NCBI GenBank assembly: GCA_044356725.1
Contig: JBIKVS010000008.1
Coordinates: forward strand, 1 to 49,865
Reading direction: 5' to 3'
Length of the DNA stretch: 49,865 nt
DNA from: Minisyncoccia bacterium
GTDB lineage: Bacteria > Patescibacteriota > Minisyncoccia > SW-4-49-11
Of this stretch, positions 26,987 through 36,511 are shown piece after piece. The first letter of the stretch is position 1. Each line of letters starts with the position of its first letter. Made by a program: the position numbers and the translations under genes. The notes beneath the pieces are model-generated. The model made no database searches. It was not told the DNA's origin and saw nothing but the letters and a program-made list of their open reading frames with translations.

Positions 26987-28057
26987 TTATAATTCTACTT
27001 GTGAGTTATCCCCAATAACTAGCTTGTGACCTTTAGGGAAAGTGTTTTCTTTATCAGTTATCATTACCCCATTCCCAATAATACTATCTACTATTCTCTT
27101 AGAGCTGTCAATAGTAATATTATGCATTAAAAGGGAATGTTCAATTTCTGTATTTTCAATTTTACACTCATATCCAATGGAGGTGTATGGTCCAATATAA
27201 CTATTCTCGATTATAGAATCTCTACCGATAATAACTGGGCCTCTGATAAAACTTTTACCTTTAATCTGAGCTCCCTTTTCTATTATTACATTGCCTTCTA
27301 CGGTAACATTTTGACCTAATTCTCCTTGAATATCTAAACACTTGATTTGCCCCAATAATAATTGATTACCTTCCAATAAATCTTGAGGTTTACCTGTATC
27401 CTTCCACCAACCTGTAATCTCAGAGAAACCGACTTCAAAGCCATGTTTAATAAGCTCAGTATGGGCATCAGATATTTCATACTCTCCCCTCGGACTAGGA
27501 GGTAAATTTTCTATAATATTATGAATATTTTTATCATAGACATAAATACCCGCCACAGCATATTGACTAGGTGGATTGTCTGGTTTTTCAATCACTTCTA
27601 CGATTCGGTTATTATCTATTCTGGGAACTCCAAATCTTTCTGGATCTTTTACTTTAGATAAAGCTAAGAGAGCATTTAATTTTTGGTCATAGAAAGTATC
27701 TACAAAATCTTTAACATTTCCTAGAATAATATTATCTCCTAAATAGAATACAAAATCCTCTTCTCCAAGAAAATCTCTAGCAACCTTAATTACATGAGCT
27801 ACTCCTAAGGCTCCACCCTGTTGCTCAATATAGCTTATCTTAACTCCATATTTAGAACCATCACCAAGAATTGGTTCTAATTCAGAATCATTAAGATTAA
27901 TAATAATGCCAATATCTGCAATCCCTGCCTGAGCTAATTTATTGACAGCAAGCTCAATCATACTTTGATTGGCTAAAGGAATTGTATGTTTATTACGATT
28001 AGTAGTAATAGGCCTTAATCTAGTACCTTTTCCTCCTGCTGCAATTAAACCTTTCAT
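26987..28057 (-). CDS. rfbA: Glucose-1-phosphate thymidylyltransferase, long form
   Basis: GGKGTRLRP, YLGDN, WKDTG, C-terminal left-handed beta-helix. Confidence 0.88.
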   Translation of the reverse strand: MKGLIAAGGKGTRLRPITTNRNKHTIPLANQSMIELAVNKLAQAGIADIGIIINLNDSELEPILGDGSKYGVKISYIEQQGGALGVAHVIKVARDFLGEEDFVFYLGDNIILGNVKDFVDTFYDQKLNALLALSKVKDPERFGVPRIDNNRIVEVIEKPDNPPSQYAVAGIYVYDKNIHNIIENLPPSPRGEYEISDAHTELIKHGFEVGFSEITGWWKDTGKPQDLLEGNQLLLGQIKCLDIQGELGQNVTVEGNVIIEKGAQIKGKSFIRGPVIIGRDSIIENSYIGPYTSIGYECKIENTEIEHSLLMHNITIDSSKRIVDSIIGNGVMITDKENTFPKGHKLVIGDNSQVEL

Positions 28058-28063
28058 ATTATA

Positions 28064-29041
28064 TTAATTAGACTTATTATGCTTTAGTGGTTCCCACCAA
28101 CTTCTATTATCTCTATACCAATCTATGGTTTTACGAATTGCAGTATCAAAGTCAAAATACGGATTCCAACCTAGATTTCTAAGTTTTGTACTATCAATTG
28201 CATATCTTCTATCATGTCCAGGTCTATCTTGTACATAATCAATTTTGTCAATATTAGCCCCGAAATTCTGTAATAGTTTAGTAATCAAATCTAAATTAGT
28301 GATTTCATAACCTGTCCCTATATTATATACTTCTCCTTGAATACCATTTTCAATAATATATTCAATGGCTCTCGAATGATCTTCTACATAAATCCATTCT
28401 CGAACATTAAGTCCATCACCATAAAGTGGAATTTTCTTATCTTCCATAAGATTAGTAATAGCTAAAGGGATAAGTTTCTCTGGATATTGATTTGGTCCCA
28501 TAACATTACAAGAGTGAGTCACTATTACATTAGTATTATAAGTCTCATGATAGGCTCTACATAATAAGTCTCCTCCAGCTTTGCCTGCAGAATAAGGGCT
28601 ATTAGGTAAGAACGAAGATAACTCATTAAAATACCCCTCATCAGTAGTTCCAAACACCTCATCAGTACTGATTTGTAATAGTTCTATATTATATTTTCTG
28701 ACAATTTCTAAAATTGTAGCCACTCCCATAACATTGGTATTTACCGCTTTTAATGGGGATTTTATAGAATTATCTACATGTGTTTCAGCTGCAAAATTTA
28801 TAATTAACTCAATATTATTCTCTTGTACTAATTTATCCAGTAAAGCTATGTCTGTAATATCTCCTTGTATAAAATTATACCTACCATTATCCACCAGACT
28901 AGATAAGTTTTCCAAATTACCAGCATAAGTAAGAGCATCTAAATTCACAATTTCAATGTAAGGGTGTTTGGAGATTAAATATTTAATAAAATATGACCCC
29001 ATAAACCCAGCCCCACCTGTCACTAATATTCTATTTTTCAT
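28064..29041 (-). CDS. rfbB: dTDP-glucose 4,6-dehydratase
   Basis: GGAGFMG, AAETHVD, STDEV, YSAGK and DRPGHDRRY. Confidence 0.95.
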   Translation of the reverse strand: MKNRILVTGGAGFMGSYFIKYLISKHPYIEIVNLDALTYAGNLENLSSLVDNGRYNFIQGDITDIALLDKLVQENNIELIINFAAETHVDNSIKSPLKAVNTNVMGVATILEIVRKYNIELLQISTDEVFGTTDEGYFNELSSFLPNSPYSAGKAGGDLLCRAYHETYNTNVIVTHSCNVMGPNQYPEKLIPLAITNLMEDKKIPLYGDGLNVREWIYVEDHSRAIEYIIENGIQGEVYNIGTGYEITNLDLITKLLQNFGANIDKIDYVQDRPGHDRRYAIDSTKLRNLGWNPYFDFDTAIRKTIDWYRDNRSWWEPLKHNKSN

Positions 29042-29076
29042 AATTTATAATTATTATTACTTTTATCAATTATACC

Positions 29077-29109
29077 ACAAAGAAGTATTGTTATCCAATA
29101 CTTCTTTGT
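29077..29109 (-). terminator. Hairpin downstream of the 719-aa gene
   Basis: Perfect 14-bp inverted repeat ACAAAGAAGTATTG/CAATACTTCTTTGT. Confidence 0.6.
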
Positions 29110-29139
29110 ATATCTAGTCTAATATAGAGTCAACCTAGA

Positions 29140-31299
29140 TTAATTAACTTCTTTAATATTGCTACTTCCTAAGTTTGATACTGAGCCAGTACAGTCTTTT
29201 TTATCTGTTCTACTAGTATTATCTGACCTTGCAACTTCTACCCATGGTCTATATTTACCAAAAGCAAGTCCTGTATAATCTAGTGTTTGGCTTAGATTTA
29301 AATTAGTAGAAGGACCTCCAGTTATAGGATTATTATCTGTGCTGAATTTACCTATTTTCCATGTATAAGAATTTACATTCCCTATTGTAGCTTTAATATT
29401 TATACTAGTCTGCCCCTCTTGTACTGTACTATTACCATCTATACTACAACTCGTTATCCTAGGCCATGACTCTACTTTAAGATTTATTGTCTGATCTATA
29501 GTTCTTATTGTCTTAGCAGGTCTACCTGTACAGTTTAAATTGACATTATATGTGCTATCCTCTGTAATTGTAGGGACTGTTTTGTTATTTATATTTCTAT
29601 TAAATCCTATCTCTGATAATGAGTTTCTAAAGTCTTCTTCTCCTAATTGTCCTGGTACCGATGAAGGTAAATTACCTCCACCCGAAGTAGATAATGAACA
29701 TGATTGCAATCCAACACTATCTTTTATATTCCAATTTGTAGAAACACGATCTCCTGTCTTAAGTGTTAATCGTTTAGGATTATCGGTATACTGAGTTATT
29801 CTTACAGGATTCCCTCCACTTATATTAAACTGTTCTAAAGTTGGTACTGGATAATTTGGTGGTGTTACATTACCACATCCTTTCCATCTATCTCCTAAGT
29901 GACTATTTCGATTATCATTTAGACTTATTTGAACTTGATACTTGAATCCTGATATGAGATCATTTATATTTCTTGCTCCTTGAGCATTATTTGGTAAATT
30001 TAAAGTAGTCCAGATAGTGTCTTCAGGGTTACGCTTATACCTTGCTTTTACTACTAATTGATCATCTGGCTCATCCGTTCCTGTGTAGTCCCATGTTAGT
30101 CTAGCTCTTTCGTAATCTGTTTCTCCTGATGTTGCGCTACAACTTAGCCTATCTAGATTAGGTGGATTGTTAGGAGGAGTATTAAAACTACCACAATTTT
30201 TCCAAACACTATCCACTTTACCATCATTAACTTTTACTTGAAAGTAATATCTAGTCCCATGGATTAACCCATCAATATCTAATGTTGTTCTATTATCATA
30301 TCTCACAGTATTAACTACAGGATTTGTAAAATTAGATGTGGTAGATACTTGTATATGAGCTTCCCTCTGTGAATCTCCATCGGGATCTGTATAATTCCAT
30401 GTTATTCTTCCATCATTATAACTTACATTGCTTGCCCCACAGCTACTTACTACCGGTGGTCTATTGGGATCATACACTGTAAAGTTATATGTAAATTCAA
30501 CTTCATTAAATTTAAATTCAGATGTATCCTCAGCTCTATTTTCTCCCTTTAACTTAGCTTTAATCGTTGCAGTGACTTTAGGAAAAGTTAATTTAATAGA
30601 TGCATTTCCTAACCCAGTAGCTGTACATACTCTTGTATTATTATTACAAGTAACTGCTCCACTTCCTTCAACTTTCTCTGGATTATTATTAGAAGGTGGA
30701 TCTACTTTTATCTCAACTGTTTTATTACTAGAGTTTTTCTTTTCTTCACATTTATATTTTTCACACTCAGTTTTAGAACGTTCTGTACACTCATCTTCAC
30801 ACTTTTGCTTTGTACATTTTTCTTTCCTTTTAGTACATTTATATTTTTCACATGTACATTCTTGATATGTTTCCTCTTTTCTAATATTATATTCACGCCA
30901 TTGACCATCCATATCTGGTGAATCATAGGTACCCCCCTCGAAATGCCATTCGCCCTTAGCTTTCTTAGAGTCGTCATTATTATCATATCTAGTATAAGTC
31001 AATGTTGATCCTTGCGGGACACTGGAGCCAGTATTATTTAAATTTTTACCATCGTCTGATCTAACCATGTTAAATGCTTTAGTTTTAGCAGCTCCATAAA
31101 GACCTCCTACTATACCTTTTACACTTAAGATATTGTTACCATCATCACATTTATCCTTACATGCAACCTTATTAGTTTCTGGTGGATGATCAGCTCTATA
31201 GTAAGCATAGCTGTTTTGAGGTATTATTAATAATATTACTAATAAAATTATTATATATATAATTACATTTTTAGATTTGAGTTGGGTTATCATATTCAT
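29140..31299 (-). CDS. Large secreted Cys-rich protein with two FN3-like domains (module 1, partner B)
   Basis: Signal peptide; WNYTDPDGD and YYFQVKVND FN3-like motifs; C-terminal part paralogous to 34745-36505. Confidence 0.8.
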   Translation of the reverse strand: MNMITQLKSKNVIIYIIILLVILLIIPQNSYAYYRADHPPETNKVACKDKCDDGNNILSVKGIVGGLYGAAKTKAFNMVRSDDGKNLNNTGSSVPQGSTLTYTRYDNNDDSKKAKGEWHFEGGTYDSPDMDGQWREYNIRKEETYQECTCEKYKCTKRKEKCTKQKCEDECTERSKTECEKYKCEEKKNSSNKTVEIKVDPPSNNNPEKVEGSGAVTCNNNTRVCTATGLGNASIKLTFPKVTATIKAKLKGENRAEDTSEFKFNEVEFTYNFTVYDPNRPPVVSSCGASNVSYNDGRITWNYTDPDGDSQREAHIQVSTTSNFTNPVVNTVRYDNRTTLDIDGLIHGTRYYFQVKVNDGKVDSVWKNCGSFNTPPNNPPNLDRLSCSATSGETDYERARLTWDYTGTDEPDDQLVVKARYKRNPEDTIWTTLNLPNNAQGARNINDLISGFKYQVQISLNDNRNSHLGDRWKGCGNVTPPNYPVPTLEQFNISGGNPVRITQYTDNPKRLTLKTGDRVSTNWNIKDSVGLQSCSLSTSGGGNLPSSVPGQLGEEDFRNSLSEIGFNRNINNKTVPTITEDSTYNVNLNCTGRPAKTIRTIDQTINLKVESWPRITSCSIDGNSTVQEGQTSINIKATIGNVNSYTWKIGKFSTDNNPITGGPSTNLNLSQTLDYTGLAFGKYRPWVEVARSDNTSRTDKKDCTGSVSNLGSSNIKEVN

Positions 31300-31303
31300 A
31301 TAT

Positions 31304-32722
31304 TTAATTCTTTAACTTCTTATATCTTTTATAACCTATTATACCTCCTATAATACTTAATATAATTAGACTTATTATCAATATATTTCTTCTGTTTAAT
31401 ATATTAGTGGATTTTGATTCTACCAAACATAATTCTGGACTTATCTCATCACATTTATACTCCGTTATGATATTGTCTATTAACTCATTGCTTGCATTAT
31501 ATAGATTTGTCTCTATTGAGACTAAATTGAATTTTTTATCTGTATTGAGTTTATTCTTTATTCCACTAATTGCTGATGGCATTATACCCTCATACTCTAT
31601 TTTACTTAATTCTCTGCCTTTTTCATCCCTAGCAATACTTTGCACTTTAACTGGTCCTTCATCTGTTTGAAAGACTGTATTATGTACACAGGTTAATAAT
31701 TGAACATCTCCTCCTTCAAATGGATTTTTGTCTAATCCTACCCAGTTGACTCTAGGACGATTAGTATCTTCTACTGAATACCTTATATGAGCCATTGTTT
31801 TCTTCTTATTAAGGTCTGTATCTCTTTGTCCTGCTGGAATGGCTGTGATAACTACATAATAGACTGGATAGTCATTATTCTTAACTAAATATTCTAAATC
31901 TATTTTACTATTAGCTCCTATTGTTAACTGTTGTATCTTTTCTTCTATAAAATTACTTTCTAATATCTCATCCCATTTATATAATTTATAACTAATCTCC
32001 ATTTCCTGTGATTCTCCAGTTGGGTTAATTAGTGGCAGTCTAATAGGGATATCTTTACCTTTCTCATGATTAGTTATAAATGCCCTAGTGTCATTAATCT
32101 GTCCATCTACGGTTATATTTGTTTTATCTAAATATATATGTTCTGCTTTACCTTCTACGCTAAACTCTGTCACATTAGCTGTGATATCTTCTGTAAATGA
32201 AAGCCCATTTAAGTTAAATCTATTTTGATTATAGACATAATATTGTATTATATAATCTCCTGTGGGAGCATTATTAGATATATTATAGTAATATTGTAGT
32301 GGATATTCTTGATTTGGATTTAATGTCATATCCTCCAATACCACAAATTCATCTACTGTAGTATATAATGCCCTTTTTATAACTGGGTTTGGATGTGCCC
32401 TTAATACTCTTGCTCTAACTGTTATGTCTACTATTGGATATGGATTATTATTAACTATATTACCTGATATTTCTACTAGATCTGATGCTTTATATTCATT
32501 GATATCTGTACCGGCTGTTATACTTATACCTTCTACTCCAAACTTATAAGTATCAAAACAGTCTGTTATCTCTCCGCTCTTAATCCCAAAAGAATTTAGT
32601 CCTTGTAATTCTGTTAAGAATCCCTCATCTTCCACTTCTTCCTGTGCTATCAATATTACACTAGGACTTAATAAGGTAATTACTAATAATATTATTCCGA
32701 ATAACTTATATTTCCTATACAT
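31304..32722 (-). CDS. Secreted, C-terminally membrane-anchored Ig-like protein (module 1, partner A)
   Basis: Signal peptide; C-terminal TM helix with basic tail; full-length paralog of 36512-38056. Confidence 0.8.
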   Translation of the reverse strand: MYRKYKLFGIILLVITLLSPSVILIAQEEVEDEGFLTELQGLNSFGIKSGEITDCFDTYKFGVEGISITAGTDINEYKASDLVEISGNIVNNNPYPIVDITVRARVLRAHPNPVIKRALYTTVDEFVVLEDMTLNPNQEYPLQYYYNISNNAPTGDYIIQYYVYNQNRFNLNGLSFTEDITANVTEFSVEGKAEHIYLDKTNITVDGQINDTRAFITNHEKGKDIPIRLPLINPTGESQEMEISYKLYKWDEILESNFIEEKIQQLTIGANSKIDLEYLVKNNDYPVYYVVITAIPAGQRDTDLNKKKTMAHIRYSVEDTNRPRVNWVGLDKNPFEGGDVQLLTCVHNTVFQTDEGPVKVQSIARDEKGRELSKIEYEGIMPSAISGIKNKLNTDKKFNLVSIETNLYNASNELIDNIITEYKCDEISPELCLVESKSTNILNRRNILIISLIILSIIGGIIGYKRYKKLKN

Positions 32723-32782
32723 ATTTATTTATTAATATTATACTTTATTATTATAACATACTTATTTTTTAATATTTAATCA

Positions 32783-33769
32783 TTAAATTGTGGATAAGTC
32801 TTTTTTAGTTGATTTATATACCATTAATTCAGTTGTCAAATTTGATATAAATTCATATTTTTGTCCTAAATATTCAAACTTTAATCTCGATGAATGTAAA
32901 AATTGTCTGTCTAATGTATTTTTATCTCTATATTCTAGTTTTCCTCCATATAGTTTATCCCCTATGATTGGATGTCCAATTGCTTGGGTATGAACTCTAA
33001 TCTGATGAGTGCGACCTGTGTGTATTACTACTTTTAATAATGTACTATCCTCATATCTTTCTAAAACCCAATATTCACTGTGGGCTGTTCTTTGTTTGGC
33101 TCTAGATTGCTTATCAGATATTACTGCTACTCTTTTAGTATGATCTAGTTTTGACCTTATAATAGGGTATGTAATATTCCCATAATCTAGCTTTACAATA
33201 CCCCTAACTAAACAAATATATTCTTTATATACTTTTCTTTCCTTGAATAAATTTTTTAAGCTCACTAAAGATTCTTTATTACGAGCTATTATTATTAAGC
33301 CACTTGTATCTTTATCTATACGATGTACTATACCATATCTTTGTTGTAATATAGCTTCTTGACTTTGCTTATCTTCTATTGACTCTTTAATCTCCGGATA
33401 TTTTTCTACAAGTATATCTACTAAAGAGTATGAATTGATATTATTAGTTTTATGCACCAGTAGCCCTGCTGGTTTATCAATTACTAGAAAATCCTTATGT
33501 TCAAATACAATTTTAACCTTACTTGCTAAATCTTGTTTAAAATTATTATTAATTTCGAAATTTTCTTTTTTGATGGTCAAAGTATCTATTTTTATAATAT
33601 CTCCTCTTGAAACTAATTCTTTTGGTTTAAGTACAATACTTCCATTTTTCAGAACAAGCTTTGCTCGAATTAAATCCTGAACCTGCTGTCTAGATATATC
33701 TTGTAAAAATTCTGCCAAAAATTTATCTACCCTGATTGGGATATCTCCATTAAATTGAGTTTTAAACAT
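32783..33769 (-). CDS. RluA/RluD family pseudouridine synthase with S4 domain
   Basis: RVDKFLA, KPAGL, HRIDKDTSG and GRTHQIRVH. Confidence 0.95.
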   Translation of the reverse strand: MFKTQFNGDIPIRVDKFLAEFLQDISRQQVQDLIRAKLVLKNGSIVLKPKELVSRGDIIKIDTLTIKKENFEINNNFKQDLASKVKIVFEHKDFLVIDKPAGLLVHKTNNINSYSLVDILVEKYPEIKESIEDKQSQEAILQQRYGIVHRIDKDTSGLIIIARNKESLVSLKNLFKERKVYKEYICLVRGIVKLDYGNITYPIIRSKLDHTKRVAVISDKQSRAKQRTAHSEYWVLERYEDSTLLKVVIHTGRTHQIRVHTQAIGHPIIGDKLYGGKLEYRDKNTLDRQFLHSSRLKFEYLGQKYEFISNLTTELMVYKSTKKDLSTI

Positions 33770-33830
33770 AAAAATCTTGACTTTTAAGATATAACTGATA
33801 AACTTATATTAAGTATAGTTTAATATATAT

Positions 33831-34730
33831 ATGAAAAAAATTCAATTTTCTTCTTTTGTCTGGATAGATATCAACCCTGATATTCAAGCTGATTTAGATA
33901 ATCTAGATAATATTATTAATCTAAAAGATACAACTGAGCAAACTCTCAAATCCCCCATTCATTTACAAAGATTAGAAGAATACCCTGATTATATGGCGGT
34001 GATATTGCATTACCCGTTATATGATAAAAAATTGAGAAAGAATCAGGCAGTAGAAATAGACTGTATCTTGAGTCAAGGATACTTTGTCACCTCACACAAA
34101 GAAAGTGTACATTTTATTGATACTATAATCTCAAATTTGGAAGGCAAAACATCTAGATTTAATAGTCCTGTTGACTTATATGTATTTGTAATTGAGAAAA
34201 TGTTATCGTCTTGTATGACTCCTCTTAATCGTATTGCTGAGAAAATTGATTTTATTGAAGAGGAGATTTTCAAAGGAAATGAGCAGAATATGATTTCTGA
34301 AATTTCTATAGTCAAAAGAGATGTACTAGATTTTAGAAAAACTATTAGACTCCATAAATCTGTGATTGACTCTTCAATTAGATTAATACCTCAATACTTT
34401 CCTGAGAATCAGGTTAAATCTAAGCATATAACAGATATTGTATCTAGCAATATTCATATTTGGAATATTACAGAGAATTTAAAAGAAGCCATTGAAGCTT
34501 TTGACCAGACTAATCAGACTCTGCTATCTCATAAATTAAATAAAAACATTAAAACTTTAACTACCTTTTCTACTACACTTGCCCCTTCTACCCTTTTTAT
34601 TGGATTATTGGGTATGAATGCTAGAATGGATTTTTTGAATAATAATTTAGCATTCTTTATAGCTGTCATTATAGCTTTGGGTATATCTCTAGTATTATAT
34701 CTATATTTTAGAAGTAGAGATGTTATTTAA
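33831..34730 (+). CDS. corA: CorA family Mg2+ transporter
   Basis: GMN motif between two C-terminal TM helices. Confidence 0.9.
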   Translation: MKKIQFSSFVWIDINPDIQADLDNLDNIINLKDTTEQTLKSPIHLQRLEEYPDYMAVILHYPLYDKKLRKNQAVEIDCILSQGYFVTSHKESVHFIDTIISNLEGKTSRFNSPVDLYVFVIEKMLSSCMTPLNRIAEKIDFIEEEIFKGNEQNMISEISIVKRDVLDFRKTIRLHKSVIDSSIRLIPQYFPENQVKSKHITDIVSSNIHIWNITENLKEAIEAFDQTNQTLLSHKLNKNIKTLTTFSTTLAPSTLFIGLLGMNARMDFLNNNLAFFIAVIIALGISLVLYLYFRSRDVI

Positions 34731-34744
34731 TTGATATTTTTGTC

Positions 34745-36505
34745 TTAATTAACTTCTCTAATATTACTTCTCCCTAGGTTAGATACTGTTCCAGAACAGT
34801 TTTTCTTATCTGTTCTACTAGGATTATCAGTTCTCGCAACTTCTACCCATGGGGTATATCTACCAAAAGCTACTCCTGTATAATCTAATTCTCTACTTAA
34901 ATTTAAATCACTATTAGGACCTCCAGTTAAAGGCTTAGTATCTGTGCTGAATTTACCTATTTTCCATGTATAAGAATTTACATTTCTCACCTCAGCTATA
35001 ATTCTAACCTTGGTATTTCCTTCTCTTAATGTGCTATTTCCTTCTATTCTACAACTTACTGTTGGGTATGACTCTACCTTTAACCTTATTGTTTCATTTA
35101 TATTTCTTACTTGTGCTGCTGGCTTACCATCACATTGCAATCGAATCTGATAGATTTGATCAACTGGACTTGTAGGGATTGAAGTTGGATTTATACTAGT
35201 TACAAATGACTGGCCTGATCTATCCAATATTTTTGTAGTATCTCCTCCTTCTATATTTTCCGTACTTATTCTACAGCTATCATTTATCACTCCTACTGTA
35301 TTTGTTATATTCCAATTTGCAGAAACTTTATCTCCTGTCTTAAGAGTCAATAAGTTAGGATAATTAACTGTTTGAATAGGATTACCTCCACTTAAACTAA
35401 AGTTAACATTTGGCTCTGGATAATTTTCAGGAGTTACTTCTCTAATATTGCTCCAAGCACTCCATCTATTAGAATCATAACTATCTGCAACCCTAACTCG
35501 AATATAATGCTTAACTCCTGATATTAGACTTGAAATATTACTATTGCTAATAGACCCAGAAAAAGTACGATTGAATCTTATTCCAGAAGTTGAGAATATG
35601 TTATCTGTAGATGCCTGAATTTGATATCTAGCTTGAGGATTATTTTCTTTATCACTATAGTTCCAAGAGAATGTAGCTCCTGTATATCCATTAGGACTAG
35701 GTTGATTTAACGATACTGTAGGAGTATCATTTGGCACTGTCACAGTTACATTCCATATTATATCTGGAAAGCTATAATTAGCTGAGAAGTCTTTTTGACT
35801 AGTTAAAAGTTCATTTATCCTTTGGGTATTATCTGTTCCAGAACCTTGTCCACAGCGAGTTGAACATGAAGTATATATTCTCCTTTTTTCATACCAAAAT
35901 CTAGAGTTCACTGTACCACTACTATTACTAAATGATGCTCTAATAGTTGCAGTCCCAGCTCCTCTAGCAGTACAATTAGTTCCACTACAACTAATTACAT
36001 TATTATTGGAACTAGATAAATTTGGAGAATTATTATCTCTGGGAGAGGATACTGAAGCTTCTAGAGTCCTATCCCCACTCCTGTATATACGATATCTCTG
36101 ACCATCCATATTAACTCCTACCGAGCGACCTTGAATAGACCAGTTTCCACTAGTTGAACTTGTACGTAGATTAGTAGTTTCCCCTACTAACATATTAAAA
36201 CTACTATTCATATTAGACCCTCCTTTTTGTAAATCAATATTTTTAGTTAAATTAGTTACTAATGTTTCTTGCACTGGATTATTAGATCCAGAACCAATAT
36301 TATTAAATGTAAGGCGATATACCCGACCAGGATTTAGACATCCTCTGCCTTCGGTACAAAACCATTCCAACACTCCTCTTGCACTATCAAAACTAATATT
36401 AGTTCTTATAGTCTCACTTACTGTTCTGGCTTGTACAAAGCCAGGTGAAAATATAAATATTATAAATAATGATAAAGTTGTGAGTATATGTTTATAGTAT
36501 TTCAT
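34745..36505 (-). CDS. Large secreted protein with one FN3-like domain (module 2, partner B)
   Basis: Signal peptide; WNYSDKENN and HYIRVRVAD; C-terminus SNLGRSNIREVN. Confidence 0.8.
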   Translation of the reverse strand: MKYYKHILTTLSLFIIFIFSPGFVQARTVSETIRTNISFDSARGVLEWFCTEGRGCLNPGRVYRLTFNNIGSGSNNPVQETLVTNLTKNIDLQKGGSNMNSSFNMLVGETTNLRTSSTSGNWSIQGRSVGVNMDGQRYRIYRSGDRTLEASVSSPRDNNSPNLSSSNNNVISCSGTNCTARGAGTATIRASFSNSSGTVNSRFWYEKRRIYTSCSTRCGQGSGTDNTQRINELLTSQKDFSANYSFPDIIWNVTVTVPNDTPTVSLNQPSPNGYTGATFSWNYSDKENNPQARYQIQASTDNIFSTSGIRFNRTFSGSISNSNISSLISGVKHYIRVRVADSYDSNRWSAWSNIREVTPENYPEPNVNFSLSGGNPIQTVNYPNLLTLKTGDKVSANWNITNTVGVINDSCRISTENIEGGDTTKILDRSGQSFVTSINPTSIPTSPVDQIYQIRLQCDGKPAAQVRNINETIRLKVESYPTVSCRIEGNSTLREGNTKVRIIAEVRNVNSYTWKIGKFSTDTKPLTGGPNSDLNLSRELDYTGVAFGRYTPWVEVARTDNPSRTDKKNCSGTVSNLGRSNIREVN

Positions 36506-36511
36506 AAAGAT

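Noticed and set aside
32789-32797. Perfect DnaA box TTATCCACA suggesting oriC
   Set aside because: Single copy inside the end of a CDS; no box cluster or dnaA nearby
29140-36505. Diversity-generating retroelement TR/VR pair
   Set aside because: Both similar regions lie in intact paralogous CDSs, differences are not visibly adenine-specific, and there is no reverse transcriptase in the window
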